NCBI GenBank assembly: GCA_037189525.1
Contig: JBBCJC010000005.1
Coordinates: 288,001-352,000 of the forward strand
Origin: Gemmatimonadales bacterium
GTDB taxonomy: Bacteria; Gemmatimonadota; Gemmatimonadetes; Gemmatimonadales; GWC2-71-9
Direction: 5' to 3'
Length of the DNA stretch: 64,000 nucleotides
Both the position numbers and the translations under genes were made by a program. How positions within the stretch are numbered: the stretch's first letter is position 1; each line of letters opens with the position of its first letter. The notes below the pieces were generated by a model. That model was not told the origin of the DNA and searched no databases. It saw only the letters and a list, made by a program, of their open reading frames with translations. Shown piece after piece: positions 8,779-18,192 of this stretch.

Positions 8779-9881
8779 GTGCGGCTCCGTTCAGCCGGCG
8801 CCAGCGCACTCGGCATCTTGCGACGCGTCCGGTAGACGAACGCCAGGATCTCCGCGATTGCCACGTAGAGGGCGGGCGGAATGGGTGCGCCGACGACGGC
8901 CGTCGCCAGGAGCGCACGGGCCAGCGGCTTGTTCTCGATCGTCGGCACGCCCGCCTGCTTGGCGAGCTGCTTGATCCGCTCGGCCAGTTTGCGCTGACCC
9001 ATGGCCAGCACCACCGGCGCGCCCGATACGCTCGGGTCGTACTTCAAGGCAACCGCGATGTGCGTCGGGTTGGTAATCACCACGTCCGCCTTGGCAACCT
9101 GCGAGAGCATCCGCTGCCGGGTCCGCTGCCGGCCGAGCTGGCGGATCCGCGCCTTGATCTGGGGGTCGCCTTCCTGCTCGCGGTGCTCCTGCACGACTTC
9201 GTGCCGCGCCATCTTGAGCTTCTGTTCCATCCGGAAGAACTGAATGCCGTAGTCGAGCGCACCGATCGAGAGGAATGCCACCGCGATGGTGGCGCTGAGT
9301 CGGAATGCGGCCGAGCCCATCACGTTGCCGATTTCCTTGGGAGTTTCGTCGACCAGGCCAATGAAGTGCGGCCACGCGGAGCGAAAGACCAGGTATCCGA
9401 CGAATCCCAGCACCACCAGTTTGAGCGCGGATTTGAGCAGATTGATCAGCGAGTCGGCGCCGAAGATCCGGCCCAAACCCTTGATCGGATCGATGCGCGA
9501 GAGATCGGGCGCCGTCGGCTTCCAGGAGACCACGCCACGCGACTGCACCAGGCCGATGACGATCGCCACTACGGCCAGGCCGATGCCGAGCGGCGCCAGC
9601 ATCGCGGCCATCCGCAGCACCACGGCGCGAATCAGCGACACCGCGCCCAGGAAGCTCGGCGCCTCTGACGACAACCAGGTCGGACCGACCCGGAAGATGT
9701 CGATGGTGCCTCGGCTCATGGCCTTACCGGCAAAGGTCGCGAGCATCACGGAGCCGGCCAGCAGCATCGCCGAAGCGCCCAGTTCCACGCTCTTGGCAAT
9801 CTGGCCGTCTTCGCGCGCCTTTTCCCGGCGCCGTGGTGTAGGCGCTTCTGTTTTGTTGTCTGAGCCTTCGTCCTCAGCCAT
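8775..9881 (-). CDS. flhB: Flagellar export switch protein FlhB
   Basis: KTEAPTPRRREKAREDGQ; EGDPQIKARIR; NPTH autocleavage site. Confidence 0.97.
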   Translation of the reverse strand: MAEDEGSDNKTEAPTPRRREKAREDGQIAKSVELGASAMLLAGSVMLATFAGKAMSRGTIDIFRVGPTWLSSEAPSFLGAVSLIRAVVLRMAAMLAPLGIGLAVVAIVIGLVQSRGVVSWKPTAPDLSRIDPIKGLGRIFGADSLINLLKSALKLVVLGFVGYLVFRSAWPHFIGLVDETPKEIGNVMGSAAFRLSATIAVAFLSIGALDYGIQFFRMEQKLKMARHEVVQEHREQEGDPQIKARIRQLGRQRTRQRMLSQVAKADVVITNPTHIAVALKYDPSVSGAPVVLAMGQRKLAERIKQLAKQAGVPTIENKPLARALLATAVVGAPIPPALYVAIAEILAFVYRTRRKMPSALAPAERSRT

Positions 9882-9884
9882 GGC

Positions 9885-10682
9885 TCACTGTACTCCGCTA
9901 CGAATCATCAGATGGAGCAGCCCGTCGGCGCTGCCGATCGAGGCTCCATACCATTTTGCCAGGGCACGTACCACCAGCGACAACGACAGTCCGATCATCA
10001 GGAGTCCGATGCTCAGCGTCACGCCGAACGCCATTGCCATCGCGTTGAGCTGCGGCACCGCGCGGCTCAGGATCGCCATCAGGATGTTGGCGAGCGTGAG
10101 CGCGACCATGACCGGAGCGCAGATTTGGATCGCATACCGGAACACCGCGCCCGTCAGATCCAGCACCGCCATCGGGCCTTCCGTAAACGTGATCGAGGTA
10201 CCCGGCGGATAGTCGACGATGCTCCGGGCCAGCGCCTGCAGCATCACGACCGGTCCGTCGATCCCGATGAAGACGGCCAGGCCGAGCAACCAGTAGAGCT
10301 GGCTCAACGCGGGACCGCCGGTTTCGAGATTCGGCGTCAGCACCTGTCCGAGCGAGAGACCGGTTTGCATCGAGATCACTTCGCTCGCGAGCATCAGGGC
10401 ATGCGCCACGACCGCGGCGGTCAGCCCGATGACCAGACCGATGGTGAACTCCATCATCAGCGGCATCGGAATGCTGAGCACCCGATCGGGAAACGGCACC
10501 GTCCCCGCCAGCGGCGTCAGAATCGCGGCCAGCACCACGATCAGCGCGCCCTTGCTGGGCCGCGGAATCGAGACCATCGACCAGAACGGCGACAGCATCA
10601 TCAGCCCCGAGATCCGTGCCGAAATCAGCACGAACGACGGCCAGGCGCCGGGTGCGAAGAGACTCGTCGCCGCCGCGTCCAT
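9885..10682 (-). CDS. fliR: Flagellar export protein FliR
   Basis: Multi-TM protein, ARISGL...PF, SRAVPQLN motif; order fliP-fliQ-fliR-flhB. Confidence 0.92.
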   Translation of the reverse strand: MDAAATSLFAPGAWPSFVLISARISGLMMLSPFWSMVSIPRPSKGALIVVLAAILTPLAGTVPFPDRVLSIPMPLMMEFTIGLVIGLTAAVVAHALMLASEVISMQTGLSLGQVLTPNLETGGPALSQLYWLLGLAVFIGIDGPVVMLQALARSIVDYPPGTSITFTEGPMAVLDLTGAVFRYAIQICAPVMVALTLANILMAILSRAVPQLNAMAMAFGVTLSIGLLMIGLSLSLVVRALAKWYGASIGSADGLLHLMIRSGVQ

Positions 10683-10951
10683 CAGCCCGCCACCGAGGGG
10701 AGAGAACGGATCGCCACGATCAGAAACTCGCTCAGCTTACGGATCATCCAGGGCAGCGTCAGCACGAAGATCACGGCCATGGTCAGCAGCTTGGGCAGGA
10801 AGGTCAGGGTCTGTTCCTGCAGCTGCGTCACGGCCTGGATCAGCGTCACGATCAGACCGACGATCATGGCCGACAGCAGCAACGGCGCCGCCACGACCAG
10901 GGTCAGCATCACCGCCTGCCGAATCAGTTCCGCCGCCTGAATCGCGCTCAT
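10682..10951 (-). CDS. fliQ: Flagellar export protein FliQ
   Basis: QAVTQLQEQTLTFLPK motif; 89 aa. Confidence 0.96.
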   Translation of the reverse strand: MSAIQAAELIRQAVMLTLVVAAPLLLSAMIVGLIVTLIQAVTQLQEQTLTFLPKLLTMAVIFVLTLPWMIRKLSEFLIVAIRSLPSVAG

Positions 10952-10957
10952 CGTCGG

Positions 10958-12142
10958 CTACCGGTTGAAGCTCGAGACCAGGTTCTGGCCCACCAGCGAC
11001 CACCCGTCTGCGAGTACGAAGAGCAGCAGCTTGAACGGCAGCGAGATCATGACCGGCGGCACCATGAACATGCCGAGACTCATCAGTGACGTCGCCACGA
11101 TGAGGTCGACCACCACGAACGGAATGAACAGCACGAATCCCATCCAGAACGCCGTCGTCAGCTCGCTCGTCACGAAGGCGGAGACGATCGTCATCAACGG
11201 GATCTCGTCCTCGGACTGGGCCTCGGTGGCGCCGGTCATCTCGGTGAAGGCGGCCAGATCTTTTTCGCGCACGTTGGCCAGCATGAAGCGCCGAAACGGC
11301 ACCGCCGCGGCTTGGTATGCCTGATTCTGATCGATCCGCCCTTCCAGATACGGCTGAATGGCCGTCTGGTTGGCTTCCGTCAGAACCGGATGCATCACCA
11401 CGCCGGTGAGCAGCACCGCGATGGCCACCATCAGCTGTCCGGGAGGACTTCCCTGCGTACCGAGCGCCGACCGGAGAAAGTGGAGCACGACGAGGATCCG
11501 GGTAAACCCGGTCATCAGCAGCACCACCGCCGGCAGCAGCGTCATCGCGCCGAGGAAGACGACCAGGCCGACCGTACCGCTCAGGCGGAGCTGCTCGTTG
11601 CCTTGACCGATCTTGACGTCGATGGCGGGGGCTTCGGGCGGCTTGACCTTGATATTGTCGGGGATTCGGGTGGTCGGTACCACCGGCCGCGGCGCCACGG
11701 ACGTCGGCGGCGACACCGGCAAGGGACGCCCCGCATCCTGCGCAGAGAGCGACGAGCCGCCCAGTGCCACCACAGTCAGGATGCCGAGCGTGAGCCGGGA
11801 GAGGAGCCGCTTGAGTTCGAGGTCTTTCCGGGCCGGGATCGGCGCCGCATCGGGATCGGCTGCCGGCAGGTCGCCGATGGCCGTCAGACGATCTTCGCCG
11901 CGGAGTTCGGTCAGCAGGGTCGGCCCCTGCTCGGAGGTTCCGACGACGAGGACCCGGCGCCCCAGCCGAACCAGCGCAACGCCCTGCTTCGGACCAAGCG
12001 CCATCCGCTGGATCACGGACATCGGCACCTTGCCGTGCGCCACGCCCCGGCGATCGAGCCGCTGCAGCAGGCGAAGCGCCATCAGCAGCAAACCGATCGT
12101 AATTGCCATTGCGCCCAGTAGCCCGGGCAACCCGTCAGCCAT
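10958..12142 (-). CDS. fliP: Fused FliO-FliP flagellar export protein
   Basis: First ~110 aa are FliO-like (TM, then MSVIQRMALGPKQGVALVRLGRRVLVVGTSEQGPTLLTEL). The remainder is FliP (MTGFTRILVVLHFLRSALGTQ...MGFVLFIPFVVVDL...PFKLLLFVLADGW). One uninterrupted frame. Confidence 0.93.
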   Translation of the reverse strand: MADGLPGLLGAMAITIGLLLMALRLLQRLDRRGVAHGKVPMSVIQRMALGPKQGVALVRLGRRVLVVGTSEQGPTLLTELRGEDRLTAIGDLPAADPDAAPIPARKDLELKRLLSRLTLGILTVVALGGSSLSAQDAGRPLPVSPPTSVAPRPVVPTTRIPDNIKVKPPEAPAIDVKIGQGNEQLRLSGTVGLVVFLGAMTLLPAVVLLMTGFTRILVVLHFLRSALGTQGSPPGQLMVAIAVLLTGVVMHPVLTEANQTAIQPYLEGRIDQNQAYQAAAVPFRRFMLANVREKDLAAFTEMTGATEAQSEDEIPLMTIVSAFVTSELTTAFWMGFVLFIPFVVVDLIVATSLMSLGMFMVPPVMISLPFKLLLFVLADGWSLVGQNLVSSFNR

Positions 12143-12471
12143 TACGCGACCTCGCCATCCTGGTCGGCAAGGATCCGGGTAATCCGAACGCCGAAGTGCT
12201 CACCGACCACGACGACCTCACCCTCGGCCAGTTTGCGGTCGCTCACGAAGATATCGATCGGTTCGCCGACCATCCGCTCGAGTTTGACGACGGACCCGAC
12301 GCCCAGACCCAGGACATCCTGGACCGTCATCGTGGTGCGGCCGAACTCGATCGACACGGGCAGCGACATGTCGAGCAGCGTGTCGAGTGACGTCGGCGCC
12401 GAGATCGTCTGAGGTGCGCCTGCCAGGTCCTTCAGGGGTTCCATGCCTGCGTCCGATGTTGGTTGAGTCAC
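12142..12471 (-). CDS. fliN: Flagellar motor switch protein FliN
   Basis: LLDMSLPVSIEFGRT...GSVVKLERMVGEPIDI...AEGEVVVVGEHFGVRIT. Confidence 0.96.
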   Translation of the reverse strand: MTQPTSDAGMEPLKDLAGAPQTISAPTSLDTLLDMSLPVSIEFGRTTMTVQDVLGLGVGSVVKLERMVGEPIDIFVSDRKLAEGEVVVVGEHFGVRITRILADQDGEVA

Positions 12472-13457
12472 TGAATCCTCCCTCGTGTCGCGCGTGAGGC
12501 CGGCGCGGGTACGGCAGGAGCCGCACCCGCAATCCGAAGCCCGAGCGCGCGACGGTACTGTCCGAGATGTGCGAGAAAACGACGGGCACCGTTGACATGC
12601 AATTCGACCGGACCGTCGACGGGATGTGAGGTTTGAATCACCTGACCGACCTTGAGCGAGGCGACTTCACGGGCCGAGAGTTTGAGCATCGGCAGCCGCG
12701 CAACCAGGTCGACCTGGGCGCCGCGCACCGCCGTTTCGACGGCCCGCTGCTGCACCGGCGGGACCACCTGACGGGTCGGCTGCCGGCTCGCGCTGCTCTT
12801 CTCGGCCAGATAGTTCTCGAGCACGCCGAGGGGAATGCACATCGAGATCACCGCGGTCGAGCTGCCGGCCTGCACTTCGAGATTCGCCGCCAGGACGTTG
12901 TCCTCCGGCGAGGTGATCTGCAGCATTTCCGGGGTCGACTCGAAGCCCGCGACTTCGGGCGACAGCACCAGGTGATCCTGCCAGGCCTCCTTGAAGTGCA
13001 TCACCATCTTGTCGACGATGCCGCGCGCCACGGTGCGTTCCACCACCGTCAGAGCGCGCTGGAACCCGCCCATCTCCCCCGGGCCGCCGAAGAGGCGGTC
13101 GAGAATGAAGAAGGCCAGATCGGTGCTCAGGTCGAGCACGCAGAGGCGCTGGTCGTCCGGGAAAAGCGAGAAGGTGAACGCTGCGCAGGGATTGCCGATC
13201 GAGAGGATGTACTCGGAAAAGGTCGCCTGCTCGAAGGTGCAGGTGACGTCGACCGGGATCCGGAGGCGCGACGACAGAGTCGATTGTACCGACAGCGCAA
13301 ACCGCGAGAAGATCGGTTCCAGTTGGAGCCGATGATCTTTGGAAATCCGCGACGGGCGCAGGAAGTTGTAGGGCGCGACGCCCCAGAGCAGCTGATCGAC
13401 GTCGCGCTGCGTCAGGGTGTTCCGCCCGCCGGGCCGTCCCTTGAGACCGCTGGTCAT
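12468..13457 (-). CDS. fliM: Flagellar motor switch protein FliM
   Basis: LTQRDVDQLL, YNFLRPSRISKD, DRLFGGPG, C-terminal SpoA domain. Confidence 0.93.
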   Translation of the reverse strand: MTSGLKGRPGGRNTLTQRDVDQLLWGVAPYNFLRPSRISKDHRLQLEPIFSRFALSVQSTLSSRLRIPVDVTCTFEQATFSEYILSIGNPCAAFTFSLFPDDQRLCVLDLSTDLAFFILDRLFGGPGEMGGFQRALTVVERTVARGIVDKMVMHFKEAWQDHLVLSPEVAGFESTPEMLQITSPEDNVLAANLEVQAGSSTAVISMCIPLGVLENYLAEKSSASRQPTRQVVPPVQQRAVETAVRGAQVDLVARLPMLKLSAREVASLKVGQVIQTSHPVDGPVELHVNGARRFLAHLGQYRRALGLRIAGAAPAVPAPASRATRGRIQ

Positions 13458-13470
13458 GGTGGTCGGCCGA

Positions 13471-13998
13471 TTATTGGATGACGAACTGCGGCAGGAAGAC
13501 GCGCAGCTTGGGGCGGCTTCCGGTAATGACCGACAGCGTATCCGCCAGCCGATTCTTGAGGGTATCGCGGATGCCGACCTGGCTCAGCGACTCCATGGTT
13601 TCGCGCTCGAGCAGCGAGATGCTCACGTCGCGGATCTGCGCTTCCTGACGACGGAGCTGTTCCTCGTGAGATGCGCTGCTGGTCTCCACCGCCACCGACA
13701 CCATCAGGAAGCGGGAGCCCTGCGAACCGGCCGGATTGACGATCAGATTGTCGATCCGGAACATCGGGCCCTTGGATTCCCTGCCCGCCGTCTTGCCGGT
13801 TGCGGAATCGGGGTGCTGCGCCGGATCGAGCGCCGCGGTCTGGTGCGCGGGAGCGAGCATCGGAGCGATGACCATCACGCCGACCGCGCCGCCCGCGATG
13901 GTCATGATCGCCACGACCAGGGGAAGGATCAGTTTGTTCGGGGCTTTCGGAGCCTGTGCCTCTTCGGCGCCCTCGGCTGGCGTTGTTTCTTCGGACAT
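13471..13998 (-). CDS. fliL: Flagellar basal-body-associated protein FliL
   Basis: N-terminal TM, LIVNPAGSQGSRFL, QIRD, C-terminal VFLPQFVIQ. Confidence 0.93.
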   Translation of the reverse strand: MSEETTPAEGAEEAQAPKAPNKLILPLVVAIMTIAGGAVGVMVIAPMLAPAHQTAALDPAQHPDSATGKTAGRESKGPMFRIDNLIVNPAGSQGSRFLMVSVAVETSSASHEEQLRRQEAQIRDVSISLLERETMESLSQVGIRDTLKNRLADTLSVITGSRPKLRVFLPQFVIQ

Positions 13999-14048
13999 AA
14001 CTCCCCTGCTTTGACTCGGAAGACGGAACTACTCGCCGAGTCGCAAAG

Positions 14049-14063
14049 GCAACGCACATACCA
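14049..14063 (-). promoter_or_regulatory. sigma54 promoter of the fliL-fliA operon
   Basis: Minus strand TGGTAT-GTGCG-TTGC (GG-N10-GC), 50 bp upstream of fliL. Confidence 0.78.
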
Positions 14064-14180
14064 CGAAAATGCGGCGGGAGACCAGCCGGGGACCTGCCAG
14101 CTATCCTGTTGCAGGAACTAGACTTACAGAAACGGCTTTCGGGGGCGTCGGACCGGGGCGTCTGCCCGGAACGACCGGAG

Positions 14181-14219
14181 GGGAATTCCTTGCCGCGCTC
14201 GGGTCGGCGGAAACTGCCG
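14181..14219. promoter_or_regulatory. Tandem enhancer-like (bEBP UAS) sites for the fliL promoter
   Basis: GGGAATTCCTTGCCG (14181-14195) and CGGCGGAAACTGCCG (14205-14219); similar 15-mers lie upstream of the other sigma54 promoters. Confidence 0.55.
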
Positions 14220-14244
14220 AGCCAGGGGGACGGAAACGGCGGCG

Positions 14245-14274
14245 CGGGGGTGCGGTCAGACGACCTCACCCCCG
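14245..14274 (-). terminator. GC-rich hairpin downstream of flgE (probable terminator or mRNA-stabilising stem)
   Basis: CGGGGGTGCGGTC-AGAC-GACCTCACCCCCG, 26 bp after the flgE stop; weak U-tract. Confidence 0.5.
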
Positions 14275-14300
14275 AACCCTACCCCCCCATTACGCCATCC

Positions 14301-15653
14301 TTACCGCTTGAGGTTGACCATCTCAGTCAGCATCTCGTCCGCCGTCGTGATGACACGGGCCGCCGCCTGGAAGCCGCGCTGGGCCACGATCATCTCGGTA
14401 AACTGCTCCGACAGGTCGACGTTCGAGGACTCGAGCGCCGAGGCCGTGATCGTCGAGGTGTTGCTCGACCCGGCAAAGCCCAGGACCGCCACGCCGGAGT
14501 TCGGCGACGACTCGAACATGTTGTCGCCGCGGCGGAGCAACGCCGTCGGGTTGTTGAACTGCGCCAGTGAGAGCTGGGCGACCGGGCGGCTCACACCGTT
14601 GGTGTAGAAGCCCGTCATGACGCCGCTCGCGTCGATCGAGATGTCGGCCAGATCGCCGCTGCTGTAGCCGTCCTGCGCGGTAAAGACCGCGTTCGACGGA
14701 TTCGAGAACTGCGACAATCCGTTGATGTCGTTGAGGCTGCCCGGATCGAGGGTGATGTCGAACGGGGTACCACCGGATGCCGGGGTGACCCGAATCCGGA
14801 CGTTCTCGGTCGACATGTCCGTGACGCCGTTGCTGAAGTCGACCATCTGGCCGCTGGCGTTGAAGGTCACCAGACCCTGATCGGCGTCGAGCGCCGCCGT
14901 CGCCGCCGGCGTGGCGTTATCGATGGCTTCGACGGTACCGGTCTCGGTGGTGATCGAGTAGCTCCAGGTGTTATTCGATGCGGGGGGCGTCCCCGCGAAC
15001 ACCTGACGGAAGGTCATGACCAGGTTGTGCGCCTGTCCCGCCGTGTCGTAGACCGTGATCGACATCTGGTGCGGCTCGGACACCGTCGCGGGCGACGTTT
15101 CCGTGATCTGCTGATTGAGGTTCAGGTTACCGGCCAGCCGCACGGACTCGGTCGCGCGAGCGGGCGACTTGAGGTTGAGCGACAGGTCGATCCCGGTCAC
15201 CGCGGACGACGACGAGAAGTTGCCGTTCGGGTCCGCATTGATGCCCTGGACGATGAAGCCGTTGGACGGCGACACCAGCCGGTTGTTGGCATCGAACTGG
15301 AAGTTGCCGGCGCGGGTGTAGAGCGCGCGGCCGTTGCCGCTCACGACGAAGAAGGCATCGCCCGAGATGGCGACGTCCGTCTTGACCCCGGTCGACTGGA
15401 CCGTCCCCTGGGTGAACTTGGTGTCGATACTGGCCACCCGCATACCGTTACCGATCTGCATCGGGTTCCGGCCACCCGAGTTCTCCGGCGGCCGCGTGGC
15501 CCCCTGGAGCAGCTGGTTGAACGACTCCGCAAAGGTGACCCGCGACGACTTGAACGCCACGGTATTCACGTTTGCGATGTTGTTGCCGATAACATCCATC
15601 TGCACCTGTTGATTCTTCAAGCCGGATACACCGGCAAACAGCGCGCGCATCAT
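14301..15653 (-). CDS. flgE: Flagellar hook protein FlgE
   Basis: MMRALFAGVSGL...IGNNIANVNTVAFK...YTRAGNF...LESSNVDLSEQFTEMIVAQRGFQA. Confidence 0.97.
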   Translation of the reverse strand: MMRALFAGVSGLKNQQVQMDVIGNNIANVNTVAFKSSRVTFAESFNQLLQGATRPPENSGGRNPMQIGNGMRVASIDTKFTQGTVQSTGVKTDVAISGDAFFVVSGNGRALYTRAGNFQFDANNRLVSPSNGFIVQGINADPNGNFSSSSAVTGIDLSLNLKSPARATESVRLAGNLNLNQQITETSPATVSEPHQMSITVYDTAGQAHNLVMTFRQVFAGTPPASNNTWSYSITTETGTVEAIDNATPAATAALDADQGLVTFNASGQMVDFSNGVTDMSTENVRIRVTPASGGTPFDITLDPGSLNDINGLSQFSNPSNAVFTAQDGYSSGDLADISIDASGVMTGFYTNGVSRPVAQLSLAQFNNPTALLRRGDNMFESSPNSGVAVLGFAGSSNTSTITASALESSNVDLSEQFTEMIVAQRGFQAAARVITTADEMLTEMVNLKR

Positions 15654-15667
15654 TGGAGCATATCTCC

Positions 15668-16318
15668 TTACGTCAGGGGGGTAATCTCAGAAAGTCTATC
15701 GAGCGGTACGCGGATGCTGCCGATCCGGAGCAGCACCTGGCCGCCCTCGAACGACACGCCATCCACGACGCCTTGCGTATAGGTACGGACGGCGACATTC
15801 TCGCCGCTCGCGTTTTCGACCTGGACCGAATAGTGATGCACACCAGACGGGAGTCCGCCCGGCGGATTGATCGTCTGGAGACCGCCACGAACGGTGCCGA
15901 GATCACGGGTCGCGACCACGTTACCCGAGGTATCGTAGAGCGTCAGCGTGCCGCGCCCGCCCGGGCTCGCCACCTCCGCCTGGAACGAGGTCGAGCCTCC
16001 GCTCACCAAGAGCTGGTTCCCTTCGGCCACGACGTGCCGGCCAATCAGCGAAGCGCCGAGATTGGTCTTGTCGAGCAGCGTCCGGGCAATCGAATCTGCC
16101 TGCTGCGCATCGAAGGCCTTGTTGAGCTGGCTCAGCTGCTCGACCGACGAGAACTGGGCCAGCTGCGCCGCAAAGGCGTCCGGCGCCAGCGGGTTGAGCG
16201 GATCCTGATGCCGGAGCTGTGTCACCAGGAGCGACAGGAATTGGTCCCGTCCAAGCTCCTGGCGATCACGCACCGGCGTGGTCGGGCTCGAGCCCAAGCC
16301 CGCGAGCGGTGATGTCAT
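15668..16318 (-). CDS. flgD: Flagellar hook capping protein FlgD
   Basis: LGRDQFLSLLVTQLRHQDPLNP...AQLAQFSSVEQL. Confidence 0.96.
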   Translation of the reverse strand: MTSPLAGLGSSPTTPVRDRQELGRDQFLSLLVTQLRHQDPLNPLAPDAFAAQLAQFSSVEQLSQLNKAFDAQQADSIARTLLDKTNLGASLIGRHVVAEGNQLLVSGGSTSFQAEVASPGGRGTLTLYDTSGNVVATRDLGTVRGGLQTINPPGGLPSGVHHYSVQVENASGENVAVRTYTQGVVDGVSFEGGQVLLRIGSIRVPLDRLSEITPLT

Positions 16319-18192
16319 CCCTGTCCTCCTCGTTTGTCCTGCCTCTGATCCCGCGACCGATGTGACGGCCGCTGGTCCTCACGCTGCTGGTCCCGCGGAT
16401 CGCGCGGGGTTTCCCGCCGTTGGTCCTCGGCCCGCGGCCGATCGGCCATGCGCGCCTCGAACCCGGTCGTCTCGACTACGTCTCGCACCATCAACGTGGG
16501 CGACGACGCGCTGTTCTCTACCACCCGGGGCGCCTGTACCGTCACGGCGGCATCGGCAAAGCCGCGGTCACCGAGCTGCTGCTTGAGCTGCCGCAAGTCG
16601 ACCGTGAGGCGCTCGGCCAGCACCGGATCGTTGGGCAGAATGGTGGCTCGGACGGATGTGCCCGCCACCGAAACCTTGAGCCGCCCGTACTCGCCCTGAT
16701 CGTCGGCGATATTGAGCATCAGATGTTCGACCCGCCGGGCAATCCGATCGGTCGGATCAGCGGCGGTTGCCGCCCCCGGAGTCGGGCGAATTCCTGAAGC
16801 GACCTCGGGCGCGCCGGATTCGACCGGCAGCTGTGCTGCAGCGGGCGTCGCCAGCAGGACCGGATCGGCCTGTTCACTACGCGCACTGATCGTCACGGGC
16901 TCTGACGGTGTGCCCGGCTGGCGCACGATTCGGAACTCTTCGAGACCCCGCGTCGCGGCCAGCGCTCGATGCTCAGCAGTCTTTCCGCCGGATTCCCGAC
17001 CGCTGTGCGCGTCGGCGTCCCGCCGATTGCCGGCCAAGCCATCGCCCTGCCCCGCCAGCACCTGGTTCCGCAGGCGGTCATAGGCCGAGACCTCGGCCGA
17101 CTCCACCCGACTGCGACCGGTGATTACCGGTGCCGTCTCCTCCGGTACAGCATCCAGGGCATCGAGCGGGAATGCGAAGCCGCCGATTTCCACCGCGGGA
17201 TGACGCGCTTCATACCGGGCCAGTAAGGCTTCGGGGTCCAGCCCCTCATCCAGGAACTGCTCCATCCCGATCCGCTGCTCACCACTCCATCCCGGATTCG
17301 TCGCAACCGAGCGAGCGGGCGCGCGTTCCGGCCGCGATCCGAACTCAGTCGATGCCGGCTCATCGTCGATGGTCTCACCGTCGAGCAACCGATCGCGGTA
17401 CACGGCCGAGCTCTGATGAACCGACGCCGGCGAGGCAGCTCCCCAGACGCCAGCAAGTGGAACTCCGGCTGCATCGGGCGAACCCGGAACAACCGCTGTA
17501 CGGTCTGCCGCGAGATCAAACTCCGAATCGGACGACAAATCAGCATCGAGTCGTCGGTCGGTCTTATCGATCGATGAACGTTCTCGGACGGTTACATCAT
17601 CCGGGTTTGCACTATTCGTCGAACTGCCCGTTAGGCGGGTCTGATCGCTCGAGGTCGGCAGTTCCGTTTCATCGGCACCTTCAACAGCCGGGCGCACGAC
17701 CTCGGTCGGGATCGACGAACCAGCGGACTTCGGCGCCTCAACTGCAGAGGTCGTAGACAAGCCGGTCGAGAGATCCGGACCCACCAGGTCCACCATCTCC
17801 TCGGCCGCGCCGTGACGAACCTCCGTCGGCACCGGAGCCGATCGGCGTCCAGCGACCGCAAGCCAGTTCTCGAGGCTCTTACTCAGCGGTACCACCGCAC
17901 CATCGTCGACAACCGAAGTGGCATCGGCGGTCGTTTCCGAAGCGCCCGGCGTAGCACCCTCCTCGGTCGCTTGCTCCGGATCGAGGCGCCACTCGCCGTC
18001 GAGCACCAGTTCCACGGGCGCCTCGGCCGGAGCGGTCCGAACCGCCGACGGCGAGATCATGGCACCGAGCGCCAATTCGAACGCCCCGCCCGATTCACTC
18101 GTCCCGGCCGCCGCCCGGAAGGCACGCGATGCCGCCTTCCCCTGGGCCGATTCGCCTGCCGAAGGCAGGACGATGGACATCGGCAACGTCAT
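16315..18192 (-). CDS. fliK: Flagellar hook-length control protein FliK
   Basis: Long acidic low-complexity N-terminus; C-terminal T3S4-like segment (EYGRLKVSVAGTSVRATI...LRQLKQQLGDRGF); directly upstream of flgD. Confidence 0.72.
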   Translation of the reverse strand: MTLPMSIVLPSAGESAQGKAASRAFRAAAGTSESGGAFELALGAMISPSAVRTAPAEAPVELVLDGEWRLDPEQATEEGATPGASETTADATSVVDDGAVVPLSKSLENWLAVAGRRSAPVPTEVRHGAAEEMVDLVGPDLSTGLSTTSAVEAPKSAGSSIPTEVVRPAVEGADETELPTSSDQTRLTGSSTNSANPDDVTVRERSSIDKTDRRLDADLSSDSEFDLAADRTAVVPGSPDAAGVPLAGVWGAASPASVHQSSAVYRDRLLDGETIDDEPASTEFGSRPERAPARSVATNPGWSGEQRIGMEQFLDEGLDPEALLARYEARHPAVEIGGFAFPLDALDAVPEETAPVITGRSRVESAEVSAYDRLRNQVLAGQGDGLAGNRRDADAHSGRESGGKTAEHRALAATRGLEEFRIVRQPGTPSEPVTISARSEQADPVLLATPAAAQLPVESGAPEVASGIRPTPGAATAADPTDRIARRVEHLMLNIADDQGEYGRLKVSVAGTSVRATILPNDPVLAERLTVDLRQLKQQLGDRGFADAAVTVQAPRVVENSASSPTLMVRDVVETTGFEARMADRPRAEDQRRETPRDPRDQQREDQRPSHRSRDQRQDKRGGQG

